A stretch of DNA of 64,000 nt from Malacoraja senta (lineage: Eukaryota): positions 1,242,001 to 1,306,000 of the forward strand of contig CM075992.1 of NCBI GenBank assembly GCA_038087875.1, read 5' to 3'. The number at the start of each line of letters is the position of its first letter. Position 1 is the stretch's first letter. Position numbers and translations under genes: made by a program. The notes under the pieces are model-generated. The model did not search any database, was not told the DNA's origin, and saw nothing but the letters and a program-made list of their open reading frames with translations. This document shows positions 13,011 to 28,087 of this stretch, one piece after another.

Positions 13011-13540
13011 TTAGTCAGTCTGAGGGTCACCCATACTCCAAAGCCATACGGGGTTTTGTAGGTTAATTGGGTTCTGTAAATTGTAGATTGTCCCAAGTGT
13101 GTGGGATGGAGTGCTTGTTGGTTGGCACGGACTCGGTGGGCCAAATGGCCTGTTTCGACGCTGTATCTCTAAAGTCTAAATGATTGTCTAATTGGACACA
13201 AACGTTCAGCTGAGATCTAACCCACACCAAAACCACCGCTACCATGAACACTGACAATATCACTTGCTTTAAACATATTCTCTGTTTATTATGACATGCT
13301 GTTTCAAAGATCTCTCTGTGTGTCAAACCTTTAGATTTCTCTGTTTATACATGTATATTGTGACCCCTTTAGCTTACATCAACTCATCTAATACTTATCT
13401 CTACAGAATGTCACTTCATACATCAAAGTAAATGACTTGTGTAGGAAGGAACTGCAGGTGATGGTTTAAACCAAAGATAGGCACAAAAAGCTGGAGTAAC
13501 TCAGCGGGACAGACAGCATCTCTGGAGAGAAGGAATGGGT

Positions 13541-13568
13541 GACGTTTCGGGTCGAGACCCTTCTTCAG
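13541..13568 (-). ncRNA. Minimal hammerhead ribozyme motif (PLE-type)
   Basis: Intact CTGAAGA-A-GGGT-CTCG-ACCC-GAAAC-GTC. Confidence 0.7.
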
Positions 13569-13652
13569 AAGTTATATTATTGATGTGCGACAGCCCGTAG
13601 ACTCTGAGCATTGATTGGGGGACATGGGGTATATCAGGATGTTATAGTGACC

Positions 13653-14047
13653 TTAAGGGTTTGGACACGCTAGAGGCAGGAAACATGTTCCCGATGTTAG
13701 GGGAGTCCAGAACCAGGGGCCACAGTTTAAGAATAAGGGGTAAGCCATTTAGAACGGAGACGAGGAAACACTTTTTCTCACAGAGAGTGGTGAGTCTGTG
13801 GAATTCTCTGCCTCAGTGGAGGCCGGTTCTCTGGATACTTCCAAGAGAGAGCTAGATAGGGCTCTTAAAGGATAGCGGAGTCAGGGGATATGGGGAGAAG
13901 GCAGGAACGGGGTACTGATTGGGGATGATCAGCCATGATCACATTGAATGGCGGTGCTGGGTCAAAGGGCCGAATGGCCTACTCCTGCACCTATTGTCTG
14001 AAGCAGGAACGGGGTACTGATTTTGGATGATCAGCCATGATTACATT
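13653..14047 (+). mobile_element. CR1 LINE 3' end
   Basis: DTLEAGNMFPMLGESRTRGHSLRI... Confidence 0.85.
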
Positions 14048-15682
14048 AAAAAAAAATTGATATCTTTTTATTTCGAACGATTAAAAAAAGAAGAAAAGAA
14101 AAGATGAAAATGAATAATAAATAAAGGAAAATTATATATATACATAAATACATATACATATACATACATACATATACACATATACACACATACACATATG
14201 CATAACATATAGGTACATACATAAATTAAAAAATCAAAAGCCAATTTCAACATTGAATGGCGGTGCTGGCTCGAAGGGCTGAATGGCCTCCTCCTGCACC
14301 TATTGTCTATTGTCTATTGACGTGTGTGTGTGATCAGGAAAAGGTGACCACCTGGTGCTCACATCCAACATGCCTCTGGTTAGAACATTACAATGTCAGC
14401 CTGCTCGGCATGCAGCTCATTTATTCTGAGCAGCAAGCAAACTCTGGTTTAACGAATAATATTATCCGCTCATTCAACCACCGGCAATATGCGGAACAGA
14501 GACCGATTGCAGAGTATGTTTCACACCTGCCTGACCGATTTGTAATCGATGTATCGGTGACAGTGGGTGGGTCAGTGTGTCTACTACCCTCCGGCCACAG
14601 TGTCACGGGCGGTGTGGACTCACTCGCTCCAAGGAGGCCTCAGGCGCAAGTGAAGGAAGATCTGCTCATACTGTAAGTTCACAAGTGATTGGAGCAGAAT
14701 TAGGAGTTTAAATGTTTGGCAACTGGGAGGTCGCGTAAGCCTCGGCAGACACAAAGGATAGTTCATAAGTTCATAGGTTATAAAAGCAGAAGGTAAATTC
14801 TAATCTGTCTGCACAAAATCCGTTCGGCCCATCAAGTCTACTCCGCCATTCAATCATGGCTGATCTATCTCTCTCCCTCCTAACCCCATTCTCCTGCCTT
14901 CTCCCCATAACCCCTGACACCCGTACTAATCAAGAATCTATCTATCTCTGCCTTAAAAACATCCACAGCCATCTGTGGCAAAGAATCCCACAGATTCACC
15001 GCCCTCTGACTAAAGAAATCCCTCCTCATCTCCTTCCCAAAGGTACGTCCTTTAATTCTGAGGCTGTGCCCTCTGGTCCTAGACTCTCCACATCCTCTCC
15101 ACATCCACCCGATCCAGGCATTGTGTTGTTCAGCTCTGGTAAATTCCACACACAACTGCCTTCCCCTGATCTGGCTTCATTCGTCATTTAAGACAAAGCT
15201 TTTTTCACATCTGACAAATCTGTCAGACACAGCGTGTTGGAATAATACCAACCACATTATGAGGTGCCTTGTCATGTCAAACCCTTCTCAAGGTGCTTGC
15301 TGCTCTAAGGCTCTGAGTGTGCTTAGATTCAGCACCTATTCTGTACCGGGAACCTACCAAACAAAGGATTGGTGTAGGGAGGAACTGCAGGTGTAGGGAG
15401 GTGTAGAATGGTCAGAATTAGACCATTCGGCCCATCTAGTCTACTCCGCCATTCAATCATGGCTGATCTATCTCTCCCTCCTAACCCCATTCTACCTGCC
15501 TCCCCATAACCTCTGACACCCGTACTCATCCAGAATCTGTCAATTTCTGCCCTAAGGGCCCGTTCCACTGACGTGACCTTTCAGCGACTGTTTTCGACCT
15601 TCAAGCTCGAGGGCACTCGCCTGAAAAACCTCGAGCTGGATCGACCGTCAGTGATGAAATCGCGAGCTGGATCGACTGACCG

Positions 15683-16522
<840 letters not shown>

Positions 16523-16627
16523 CGCAAAGGCGGGGGCCAGGGAAAGCGGGGAAGCGCTGTCTGAAATTCACACCCGCGATAAACAGGAAGGTAATAGCCA
16601 GCTGGCACAGTGTACGGTAAGTCGTTT

Positions 16628-17091
16628 AGAGGGGGGGGGAGAGAGAAGGGGAGAGGGAAGAGGGGGAGAGAAGGGGAGAGAAGGGGAGAGAAGGGGAGAG
16701 AAGGGAGAGAAGGGGAGAGAAGGGAGAGAAGGGGGAGAGAAGGGGGAGAGAAGGGGGAGAGAAGGGGAGAGAAGGGGAGAGAAGGGGAGAGAAGGGGAGA
16801 GAAGGGGGAGAGAAGGGAGAGAAGGGGAAGGGGAGAAGGGGAGAGAAGGGGGAGAGAAGGGGAGAGAAGGGGGAGAGAAGGGGAGAGAAGGGGAGAGAAG
16901 GGGAGAGAAGGGGGAGAGAAGGGGAGAGAAGGGGGAGAGAAGGGGAGAGAAGGGAGAGAAGGGGGAGAGAAGGGGAGAGAAGGGGAGAGAAGGGGAGAGA
17001 AGGGGAGAGAAGGGGGAGTGAAGGGGAGAGAAGGGGAGAGAAGGGGGAGAAGGGGAGAGAAGGGGAGAGAAGGGGGAGAGAAGGGGGGAGA
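16628..17091. repeat. Polypurine (GGGAGAGAAG-like) repeat, about 460 bp
   Basis: Almost exclusively G and A on +, in units of about 10-12 bp. Confidence 0.95.
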
Positions 17092-18547
17092 CACTTTTAA
17101 GAAGCCAGACAACTTATGATAAAGTTTAGCGGGCGTTTAACCTACCGGTCGGTTTTCCTTGGTCTTGAAACCTCCAATGAGCCAAATAAAATAACCGGTC
17201 AGTGAAGGACATTGCCTACGGCTGCCCTCGACTGCCTGTAACTACATAGTGACCCCACTCCACTGCACTACGAGTTCAAAAGAACCACGCCGGCCAATTT
17301 TCACTCGTGGAATATTTTTCGACATTCTGAACCAAACTGAGGCCGCGAGTATGCAGTAACTTCCCTCGAGCATGAAGGAGAGTTCCCGTGACCTCCTAGG
17401 ACCACGTGTCGGCCATGCTGCGAGTTTGAGTCTAGGGCAAACTCGTCTAAACTGGCAGATTAGGTCGCCGCAGTGGGACAGCCCCTTTAAAAATATCCAC
17501 GGACTTGACCACCACACCCTCACGTGGCAAAGAATTCCACAGATTCACCACCCTCTGACTAAAGAAATCTCTCCTCATCTCCTTCGTAAAAGAACGTCCT
17601 TTAATTCTGAGGCTGTGGCCTCTGTTCCTGGACTCTCCCACTAGTGGAAACATCCTCCCCACAAGCCTTACACTGTTCCTCCAGCACTTTGGGTTTTTTT
17701 TTTACTGGGAGAGAGAGAGGCGGGTGGCAGAGGCAGTGGACGAGGGCATTGGGTGAAGCTCAGGCTATGTCTTTAACAGGGAGAAGTCGTGTGGCTGCAA
17801 GGGGCAATTAATTCCCTTTGTGCAGTGTGTTGCTGATGCTGTGAAATCTGTGCAATATTGTATAATATTGTCACAGCTGCCTCAGTGAAGGGGCTGCAGC
17901 TCTCCACAATTTATATTCACCACGGTTTCTAAATTGATGAATGCCATCGGACTGATGTACGGATGGGATAAGGGGTGGTTCACAGGGTAGTTAACACCGA
18001 CCCATTCCCATGCCAACTATTATTTTTTATTGGTACATTTGTAAAGAGTCTTAATATTTTCTTTATGTCTCTTGATAATTTAATTTCATTGTCTCTCTTT
18101 GTCTGGTTTATTGACTTCCTTCCCAATCCCTTCATCTTCTTTCCCACCATCCTTTCATTCCTCTGCTATCAATGTACTTAATGTCAGCTTCTTCCTTCAC
18201 CCTCACTTGATCCCGCCTGTCCTTATTCATCCTGGGAGGCCTTGCCTTGTTCTTTCCTTTCAGCAGATTTATTTTTTAAAACACTGCGCTCTATCAAACA
18301 TCATTTTAAACGCTTTCCAGTCTATGCAGAGAGGGCGGTGAATCTGTGGAATTCTTTGCCACAAAAAGGTGTGGAGGCCAAGTCAGGGGATATTTTTAAG
18401 GCAGAGGTAGGGTTGCTGCCTCACAGCCACAGATACGTGAGTTCGATCCTGACTACAGGTGCTGTCTGTCTGGAGTTTGTATCTTTAGTTTAGTTTAGTT
18501 TAGAGAAACATGCCCTCATTTGGCGAATTAACTCGGCAACACTTTAG

Positions 18548-18862
18548 TCTAGGACTAGAGGCCACAGCCTCAGAATTAAAGGGCGTTCTTTTAGGAAGGA
18601 GATGAGGAGGAATTTCTTTAGTCAGAGGGTGGTGAATCTGTGGAATTCATTGCCACAGAAGGCTGTGGAGGCCACAAGTCAGTGGATATATTTAAGGCAG
18701 AGATAGATAGATTCTTGATTAGTACGGGTGTCAGGGGTTATGGGGAGAAGGCAGGAGAATGGGGTTAGGAGGGAGAGATAGATCAGAGACGATTGAATGG
18801 CGGAGTAGACTTGATAGGTCGAATGGCCTAATTCTGCTCTTGTCACTTATGACCTTATGACC
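18548..18862 (+). mobile_element. CR1 LINE 3' end
   Basis: CR1 3' region ending cttatgaccttatgacc. Confidence 0.85.
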
Positions 18863-18889
18863 TAAAATATCTTATTGCTGTTGAGATAT

Positions 18890-20410
18890 TTAAACATTGA
18901 GATGGTACCTGTCTTAACTACCTCCGCGGCAGCTTGTTCCATACATCTACCCGTCCTTTGTGTGAAAACATTGGCCCTCAGGTTCCTATGAAGTCTTTCC
19001 CCACCCTCACTGTAAACCTATGTCCATTGGTTCATGATACCCCAACTCTGGGTAAAAGACTCTGTACATTCACCCTCTATCTATGCGATACGATAGAACT
19101 TTATTCATAAATAATACACCTCTATAAGGTCACCCCTCATCCTCTCGTGCTTCAAGGAATAAAGTCCTAGTCTGCTCAACCTCTCCTTGTAGCTCAGGCC
19201 CTCATGTCCTGGCAACCTTCTCGTAAATCTTCTTTGCGCCCATTCTAGCTTAATAACGTCTTTCCTAAAACAGGGTGACCAAAACTGAACACGATACTCT
19301 AAATGTGTCCTCACCAATGTCTTGTACAACTGTAACATGACCTCCCAATGTCTATACTCAATACTCTCTCTGATGAAGCCTTCTTGACCACTCTATCTAT
19401 CTTTGACGCCACTTTCAAGGAGCTTTGTACCTGCGCTCCTAGATCCCTCTACACCACGACACTCTCCACCATGTGCAGGTCCTGCCCATGTTAAGGGCTT
19501 GTCCAACTTAGGCGATTTTTTCGGCGACTGTCATAGTCGTAGCAGGTCGCCAAAAAAAAGGGCGACTGGACCCCCCCTACGACAATGTCTACAACAACCT
19601 ACCACCTCGTCAATAGACAATAGACAATAGGTGCAGGAATAGGCCATTCGGCCCTTCGAGCCAGCACCGCCATTCAATGTGATCATGGCTGATCATCCCC
19701 AATCAGTACCCCCCGTTCCTGCCTTCTCCCCATATCCCCTGACTCCGCTATCTTTAAGAGCCCTATCTAGCTCTCTCTTGAAAGTATCCAGAGAACCGGC
19801 CTCCACCTCCCTCTGAGGAGCTTGCCGTCAAGCCATGGCAAGCTACCGACAACCGGCGATCCATTAGGACGTCCACCTACGACAACCTACATCCATCCGC
19901 TACAAGCTATGATAACTGAAGGCAACTTAAAACAATACCTGTCGCCGGTTGACGTTGGTTGACGTCGGTAGGTGACGCCAATGGGATTCACCGAAGTCAG
20001 CAACGGCGACAACCTACGTCACCTGGCGACAACCTACGACAGCACCTACGTCAGGAGAAGTCAAGCTACGCTCATTGGCGTCAAGCCCAATGTCGCCGAA
20101 TTGTTTTCAAAATCCAGCGACGACCAGAAAAACGCTACGACTCTTTGGGGGACTGAGGAGACGACTCACGACCGTACAGGTGACACCCCAGTGACCATGA
20201 GCCTAGTCGCCTAAAAATCGCCTAAGTGGGACAGGCCCTTTGGACTTCCCAAAATGTGACACGTCGCAATTCTCTGTCTAAAACTCCAACAACCATTCCT
20301 CAGCCCAACTACACAATCAAGGCAGATTGCACCAATGAAGATCCTGCTGCAATTTTGACAAACAGCTCCTCTATCTACAACACCACCCACTTTAGTGTCA
20401 TCTGCAAACT
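18890..20410 (-). mobile_element. Older CR1 LINE split by a MITE
   Basis: [19 protein letters not shown] and FADDTK motifs lie on either side of the MITE. Confidence 0.75.
19494..20239. mobile_element. PIF/Harbinger-like MITE, family C, containing a nested CR1 3' end (about 19610-19818)
   Basis: 27-bp TIR agggcctgtcccacttaggcgattttt (2 mismatches); TSD tta/ttg; internal gacaacctac repeats. Confidence 0.8.
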
Positions 20411-20521
20411 GTATGTGGATACTGCAGGGAAAATGGTGCTGAGGTAGAGGATAAGACACGATTTTGATGAATGGCAAAGTAGACTTGAAGGGCCGTATGG
20501 CTGATTCAGGCCCCTACATCT

Positions 20522-20853
20522 GATCAGTCTGAAGAAGGGGTTTCGGCCCGAAACGTTGCCTATTTCCTTCGCTCCACAGATGCTGCTGCACCCGCTGAGT
20601 TTCTCCAGCATTTTTGTCTACCTGCTGGAGAAACTCAGCGGGTGCAGCAGCATCTATGGAGCGAAGGAAATAGGCAACGTTTCGGCCCGAAACCCTTCCG
20701 GGTTTCGTCCCGAAACGTTGCCTATTTCCTTCAGGGTTTCGGCCCGAAACGTTGCCTATTTCCTTCGCTCCATAGATGCTGCTGCACCCGCTGAGTTTCT
20801 CCAGCATTTTTGTCTACCTTCGATTTTTCCAGCACCTGCAGTTCCTTCTTAAA
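20522..20853. mobile_element. Multi-inverted PLE-derived hammerhead element
   Basis: 10-bp TSD ccctacatct (20512-20521, 20854-20863); direct-inverted-direct units. Confidence 0.85.
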
Positions 20854-21884
20854 CCCTACATCTTTTGTTCAGATGTTCCCCAGAAATATAGAGGTAGCTG
20901 AGAGACAATTTGTTGAGATGTCAAATTCTCGAGGGGCCAGGCAATTGTAAAGCTGAGAAGCTGCGTCCACTGTTGGGACGGAAACAGCAACTATGGTCCC
21001 AGGATTAGAGCAGTCATTTGGGACAGAGATGAGGGGAACTTCTTCACTGAATAGATTGGGTAGATGCACAGTGTCTCTTGCCCAGAGTAGGGGAATCGAG
21101 AAACACAAGGACATAGGTTTAAGGTGAGGGGGGAAAGAGTTAATAGGAACCTGAGGGGTAACTTTTCCACACACAACCAGTTTGCAGCAGGAAGACCTGA
21201 ACAAGGTCATTAGATTTATATAGAAACCTAATAAATCACAAATGATGATGCATACCCGATATGACGCTTACGTTAAGACATAATTGGAGAATACTTATAG
21301 ACTTTGAGCAGAGCAGCAAGAGAAAGCCCACATGCTTGTATCGAACATGTTACCAAATTAAACTAATCCTCTCTGCCTGTATGTGATCCATATCCCTCCA
21401 TTCCTCTATGTAATTCTCCATTACATAGAAACATAGAAAATAGGTGCAGGAGTAGGCCATTCGGCCCTTCGAGCCATTCAATATAATCATGGCTGATCAT
21501 CCAAAATCAGTACCCCGTTCCCGCTTTCTCCCCATATCCCTTGATTCCGTTAGCCCTAAGAGCTAAATCTAACTCTCTTTTGAAAACATCCAGTGAATTG
21601 GCCTCCACTGCCTTCTGTGGCAGAGAATTCCACAGATTCACAACTCTCTGGGTGAAAAGGTTTTTCCTCATCTCAGTCCTAAATGTGCCTGTTTAAAAAC
21701 TCTCTTGCATCTGCTTTGATCACCAACGCCAGCTCGTGACCTGCTTATTTCAGGTATCAACCTCACTTTGTGTAAAAAACCCTGCCCTGCACATCTCCTA
21801 TGATCTTTCCCCCTCTGACCTTAAAGCTATGTCCTCTGGCATTTGGCATTTTTGCCCTTGGCAAAAGGTTCTGAAAGTCCACCC

Positions 21885-22523
21885 TACCCAGAAAGCACAC
21901 CAACGCCTCCACTTTCATTCGAAGGCTTAGGAAGTTTGGCATGTCCCTTACAACTCTCACCAACTTCTACAGATGCGCCATGGAGAGCATTTTATCGGTG
22001 AAGCTTCACAGCACGGTTTGGGAACAGCTCCATCCAAGACCGTGACAAATTGCAGCGAATTGTGGACGCAGCCCAGACCATCACACAAACCAACCTCCCT
22101 TCCATTGACTCCATCTATACTTCACGCTGCCTCGGCAAGGCCAGCAGCATAATCAAGGACCAGTCGCACCCCGGCCACTCCCTCTTCTCCCCTCTCCCAT
22201 CGGGCAAAAGGTACAGAAGTGTGAAAACGCACACCTCCAGATTCAGAGACAGTTTCTTCCCAGCTGTTATCAGGCAACTGAACCATCCTACCACAACCAG
22301 AGAGCAGTGCTGAACTACTATCTACCTCATTGGTGACCCTCGGACTATCCTTGATCGGACTTTGCTGGCTTTACCTTGCACTAAACGTTATTCCCTTATC
22401 GTGTATCTGTACACTGTAAGCGGGTCGATTGTAATCTTGTATTGTCTTCCCGCTGACTGGTTAGCACGCAACAAAAGCTGTTCACCGTACCTCGGTACAC
22501 GTGACAATAAACTAAACTGAACT
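21885..22523 (+). mobile_element. Rex1/Babar LINE 3' end
   Basis: KAHQRLHFIRRLRKFG...HPGHSLFSPLPSGKRYRS...RFRDSFFPAVIRQLN; tail caataaactaaactgaact; short 3' UTR copies at about 2300, 9400, 12540, 50030, 52400 and 58395. Confidence 0.8.
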
Positions 22524-22637
22524 GTCTATGTCTCCTGTTTAAGAAGGAACTGCAGATGCTGGAAAAATCGAAGGTAGACAAAAGTGCTGGGGAAACTCAG
22601 CGGGTGAGGCAGCATCTATGGAGCGAAGGAAATAGGT

Positions 22638-22665
22638 GACGTTTCGGGCCGAAACCCTTCATCAG
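22638..22665 (-). ncRNA. Minimal hammerhead ribozyme motif with canonical CUGAUGA
   Basis: CTGATGA-A-GGGT-TTCG-GCCC-GAAAC-GTC; the host element 22535-22673 has a 10-bp TSD tctatgtctc. Confidence 0.75.
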
Positions 22666-23427
22666 CAGTTTAATCTATGTCTCTTAATAATTTTGCAACT
22701 CGGCTGTAAGGGAAGGCTATTAGACTCTTGAATAAGAGGGGGTTGGTCCGCAGAGACAATAGCAATATAATCTACGATGAGAGACTTACAAAAATTGCAG
22801 ATGCTTTCACTGGAGAAGGTGCTTAAGATGCATCCACTAGAGTGTTCGAATTCATGAAAAACTTTGGAGAGCATAAGCAGGGAAGGATTATTTGATTACT
22901 AACAGAAATTGTATGCCAAGCATAAAAGGGGAAGCTGAGAAGGAGCTATTTTTTTGTGAGAGGGTTCCACGAGTCGATTACCACAAGTGTTCTGATTGTA
23001 AATTCAACAATGTTTAAGTGGGAGCTGAATAGAAATATCACACATTTTGTTTTAAATTAAGGGATGTTGGGAACTGGCATCATCGAGACTTGTTCCGAGC
23101 TAAATCTTAGGGGCGGTAAGGGTGGATCAAGGCTGACGGCAGGGCATGTAGAGAAATGAAGGACTGTACACCTCTCTCTGTCAAGCTGCTCGTACCAGAT
23201 CGAGATGGCCGGGGCAGGGGGGTATCAAAAACTAGAGGAGCTAGATTTAATATAAGAGAGGAAAGATTTAGTAGGAACCTGAAGAGCAACTTTTTCACAC
23301 AGAAGGAGATAGATATGTAGAATGAGCTGCCAGAAGAAGTGGTTGGCGCAGATACAATAGCAACATTTAGGAGACATTTGGCCAAGTACAGGGATAGGAG
23401 ATGTCTACGATAGGAGATAGGAGATAG

Positions 23428-24008
23428 CAGTTGTACAGAGCCCTAGTGAGACCACACCTGGAGTATTGTGTGCAGTTTTGGTCCCCTAATTTGAGGAAGG
23501 GCATTCTTGCTATTGAGGGAGTGCAGCGTAGGTTTACAAGGTTAATTCCCGGGAACGGCGGGACTGTCATATGCTGAGAGAATGAAGCGGCTGGGCTTGT
23601 ACACTCTGGAGTTTAGAAGGATGAGAGGGAATCTCATTGAAACATATAAGAGTGTTAAGGGTTTGGACACGCTAGAGGCAGGAAACATGTTCCCGATGTT
23701 GGGGGGGGGAGTCCAGAACCAGGGGCCACACAGTTTAAGAATAAGGAGTAAGCCATTTAGAACGGTGACGAGGAAACACTTTTTCTCACAGAGAGTGGTG
23801 AGTCTGTGGAATTCTCTGCCTCAGAGGGCGGTGGAGTGCCGGTTCTCTGGATACTTTCAAGAGAGAGCTAGATAGGGCTCTTAAAGATAGCGGAGTCAGG
23901 GGATATGGGGAGAAGGCAGGAACGGGGTACTGATTGGGGATGATCAGCCATGATCACATTGAATGGCGGTGCTGGCTCGAAGGGCCGAATGGCCCACTCT
24001 ATTGTCTA
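23428..24008 (+). mobile_element. CR1 LINE 3' end
   Basis: [19 protein letters not shown]...; frameshifted. Confidence 0.9.
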
Positions 24009-24723
24009 GAGGATTATGGGCCAAAACAAGGGCAGGTGGGACTAGTGTAGATGGGGCATGATGGACATGGGTTGAAGAGCCTGTTTCCATGGCGTAAGAC
24101 TCCAGGATTCCATGACAAAATCTTTATGTTGGGGAAATGATCTGGAGGGTGGGACTAATTAGGCAGCCTTGTCTAAGAGTCGGCATCGGTACCAATGGCA
24201 TCCTTCCTTCTACACAACTTCCTTGAGCTGTACCTGCCCGGATGCATCAGGAGGCAATCATGGGCTTTCACATTCCGCTGTGCGGGGGGAAACTTCAGAG
24301 GAAATATTTTTAACCGCAAGTTCTTTTTCCTGGAACGATTTGCTTTGTGAGCAGTTCCCTGTTACTGTTTGCTCTTCATTAGAATTCCAATCTTGAAATT
24401 GCAGAGAGCAGGCTTGTTCTACTTAAGCCCATCTCTGTGGCACTCCTTCTTTCAGGAAGACCTTATAGATCGCTGGCTTGGGTCTTCTGGATGAGTGGAA
24501 CCATGATTTAGTCATTTTCGATTCCAAGCTTGGATTTTCTCATCTGTTATATTCTTAAGCTTATCCATCCCCTCCTGAGAATGCATTAAAAGCGGACAGA
24601 AATTTGCCCGGTGTATGGAGGTTAGTTATACAAGATTCAGGTTAGTTTATTGTCATGTATACCTGAGTGTAATGAAAACCCAAGTTCCCATGAAGCTCAT
24701 GGAGTAAACAGTAAATACAAATT

Positions 24724-24990
24724 GGGCGGCACAGCGGTAGAGTTGCTGCCTTAGACCCAGGTTCGATCCTGACTACGGACGCTGTCTGTACGGAGTTTGT
24801 ACCTTCTCCCTGTGACCTGCGTGGGTTTTCTCCAGGTGCTCCTGTTTCTCCCTCACTCCAAAGACGCGCATGTTTGTAGGACAACTGCCTTCCGTAAATT
24901 GTCCCTAGTGTGTGGGATAGAACTAGTGGTCGGCGTGGACTCAGTGGGCCGAAGGGCCTGTTTCCAGGCTGTATCACTAAACTAAACAAA
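24724..24990 (+). mobile_element. HE1-like V-SINE
   Basis: Head, core and tail recognisable. Confidence 0.8.
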
Positions 24991-25009
24991 ACAATGTGCA
25001 AAGATGGTC

Positions 25010-25645
25010 GTAAGGTCATAAGGAATTGGACTAGAATTAGGCCATTCGGCCCATCAAGTCTACTCTGCCATTCAATCATGGCTGATCAATCTCTCCCTCC
25101 AACCCCCATTCTCCTGCCTTCTCCCCATAACCCCTGACACCCGTACTAATCAAGAATCTCTCTATCTTTGCCTTAAAAAATATCCACTGACTTGTGGCCT
25201 CCACAGCCTTCTGTGGCAAATAATTCCACAGATTCACCACCCTCTGACTAAAGAAATTCCTCCACATCTCATTCCTAAAAGAACGGCCTTTAATTCTGAG
25301 GCTGTGACCTCTAGTTCTAGGCTCTCCCACTAGTGGAAACATCCTCTCCACACCCGAAAATGCTGGAGAAACTCAACGGGTGCAGCAGCATCTATGGAGC
25401 GAAGGAAATAGGCAACGTTTCGGCCCGAAACGTTGCCTATTTCCTTCGCTCCATAGATGCTGCTGCACCTGCTGAGTTTCTCCAGTATTTTTTGTGTACC
25501 TGGGATTTTCCAGCATCTGCAGTTCCTTCGTAAACGCTCCACATCCACGCTATCCAAGCCTTCAATATTCTGTGCGTTTCAATGAGGTCCCCCCCTCATC
25601 CTTCTAAACTCCAGCGAGTACAGGCCCAGTGCCGGCAAACGCTCA
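25010..25645 (-). mobile_element. CR1 LINE 3' end interrupted by a fold-back PLE-derived element (25353-25536)
   Basis: CR1 ORF2 end; the insert is flanked by a ctccaca duplication. Confidence 0.85.
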
Positions 25646-26838
25646 TCCACGCTGTATCTCCAAGGAATGCAAGAGCAGCTGAATGGTGCCAAGATGGTCG
25701 TGCAAACTGAAGTCATATTAAAAAAAAAAAAACCCCACTAATTCACGTCACTCATCTGTGATGTGATCATCGGTCGAAGGAGAATTGTTGAAAGATATCA
25801 CAAGCGAAGCAATTAAGCTGCTTGTTGCCTGGTTCACACTGGCAATCCTGCCTGTGTGAACACTGATGGGACTTTTTACAAGCAAACATCATGGTTCACA
25901 GGCCCCTTCTCCTTGTGTGAATGTCTCCCCTTCTCATCAATTGGAAACGAACACATTAAGTGACAGACCGCCATTAATCTTCACACTTTCTCAGCAGAGG
26001 TGTTGTCGAATCTGTTCTGCAATACATCCGCTGTGGGTTCTTCAGGATGGTGAAGGCTGGGAACCAAGGCTGCATCAATAGCTTCTTTACACAAACACAG
26101 CATATTGTGTGTAGGAAGGAACTGCAGATGCTGCTTTAAACCGAAGAGGGACACAAAAAAGCTGGAGTAACTCAACGGGAATGTGTTTAGCCTTCAGTAA
26201 TGGCTCACCAGGGACTGATGGATGTGATGTGATTTTGTGTGGGGTGATGCTTTGCCTCATCTGACAAATGAACTGTCCTTCTGCAGTTGTACAGAGCCCT
26301 AGTGAGACCACACCTGGAGTATCGGGTGCAGTTTTGGTCCCCTAATTTGAGGAAGGGCATTCTTGCTATTGAGGGAGTGCAGCGTAGGTTTACAAGGTTA
26401 ATTCCACAGTTTAAGAATAAGGGGTAAGCCATTTAGAACGGAGACGAGGAAACACTTTTTCTCACAGGGAGTGGTGAGTCTGGAATTCTCTGCCCCAGAG
26501 GGCGGTGGAGGCGGGTTCTCTGGATGCTTTCAAGAGAGAGCTAGATAGGGCTCTTAAAAATAGCAGAGTCAGGGGATATGGGGAGAAGGCAGGAACGGGG
26601 TACTGATTGGGGATAATCAGCCATGATCACATTGAATGGCGGTGCTGGCTCGAAGGGCCAAATGGCCTACTCCTGCACCTATTGTCTATTGTCTCACCAG
26701 CCGGAGATGGTCCTGTCCTCCAATCTACCTCATTGGAGACCTTTTTTCAAACTTCAAGTCCAAGAGCCAACCAAGTCCATGGAGACCATCGATCACCACC
26801 CCACACTTGTTCCATGTTTGCATTCACTCAACCAACAT

Positions 26839-27145
26839 TTTAGTTTAGCTTAGTCTAGAGATGCAGCACGGAATCTCCGAGTCCACCTAGTCCGCACCGA
26901 CCAGCGATCCCCGCACGCTAACACTATCCTACACACACTAGGGACAATTTTACATCTCCACCAAGCCAATTAACCTAGAAGCCTGTACGTCTTTCGAGTT
27001 TGGGAGGAAACAGAAGATGTCGGAGAAAACTCAGTCAGGTCATGAGGGAAAACGCACAAACTCCGTACAGGCAACACTCGTAGACAGGATGGAACCCGGG
27101 TCTCTGGCGCTGTGAGGCAGCAACTCTACCGCTGTGCCACCGTGT
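26839..27145 (-). mobile_element. HE1-like V-SINE
   Basis: Head, core and tail on the minus strand. Confidence 0.8.
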
Positions 27146-28087
27146 CGTGTACCAGATTGGCTAAGTGCACGGGAGAACAGGCTGTGCATGATTAGTATTA
27201 GGGGGTCGGGGGGTTATGGGGAGAAGGCAGGAGAATGGGGTTTCAAGGTTTTCAAGGTTTCAAGGTGTGTTTATTGTCACGTGTACCAATGAAGGTACAG
27301 TGAAACTAGATTACCGTACAGCCATACTAACAGAAAGCAACACGACACACAACTACATATAAGTGAACATAAACATCCACCACAGCAGATTCCCCAATTT
27401 CCTCAGTGTGATGGAAGGCAATCAAGTCTAATCTTCTTCCCTCTTAATTCTCCTCTTTAGTCGGGGGAGTCGAACTATCCGCAGTCGGGTCGATCGAAGC
27501 CCCCGTGTCCGGGCGGTCATAAGGGTTCGGAGAGGGAGATAGATCAGCCATAATTGAATGGCAGAATAGACTTGATGGGCCGAATGGCTCCTATCACTTA
27601 TGAATAGAGGGATATGGATCGCGTGCAGGCAAATGAGATCAGTTTAACTTGGCAGCATGATCGGTGCAGATATTGTGGGGCCCGTTCCTGTGCTGTACTG
27701 TTCTATAAAAGGTGCCATTCAGCCCACTAGATGGGCTGAATGGCCTCTCCAAGTGAGTCCAGTGGCATAAATGATTGTAATCGAAGCATTCTGAATGCGT
27801 ACAGAAGCTGGCAAGCGTGCATTGACTAGGAATGAGCCTTGTTGTGCTGTCTGGAATACAAGGGCAATCCAATCTGTTAAAATATTTGCTGATTGCAATG
27901 ACTTCACTCTAAGAATTCCAAACAAGGCATTCACCATCAGAATTCCTGCCACGGTTCCCGGCATCCAAGCAAATCCCCAGTGTATCATTCCTTTGCTAAC
28001 ATTTATTAATTTCCTCTAATTGTCACGTTGCCTTTGTCAGACCTATTTAAGACCTATTTCTAACCTTCATTATCTGTTTTGAATGTA

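Noticed and set aside
27714..27744. 13-bp perfect hairpin
   Set aside because: Inverted snippet of the CR1 3' end; too short to support an RNA gene
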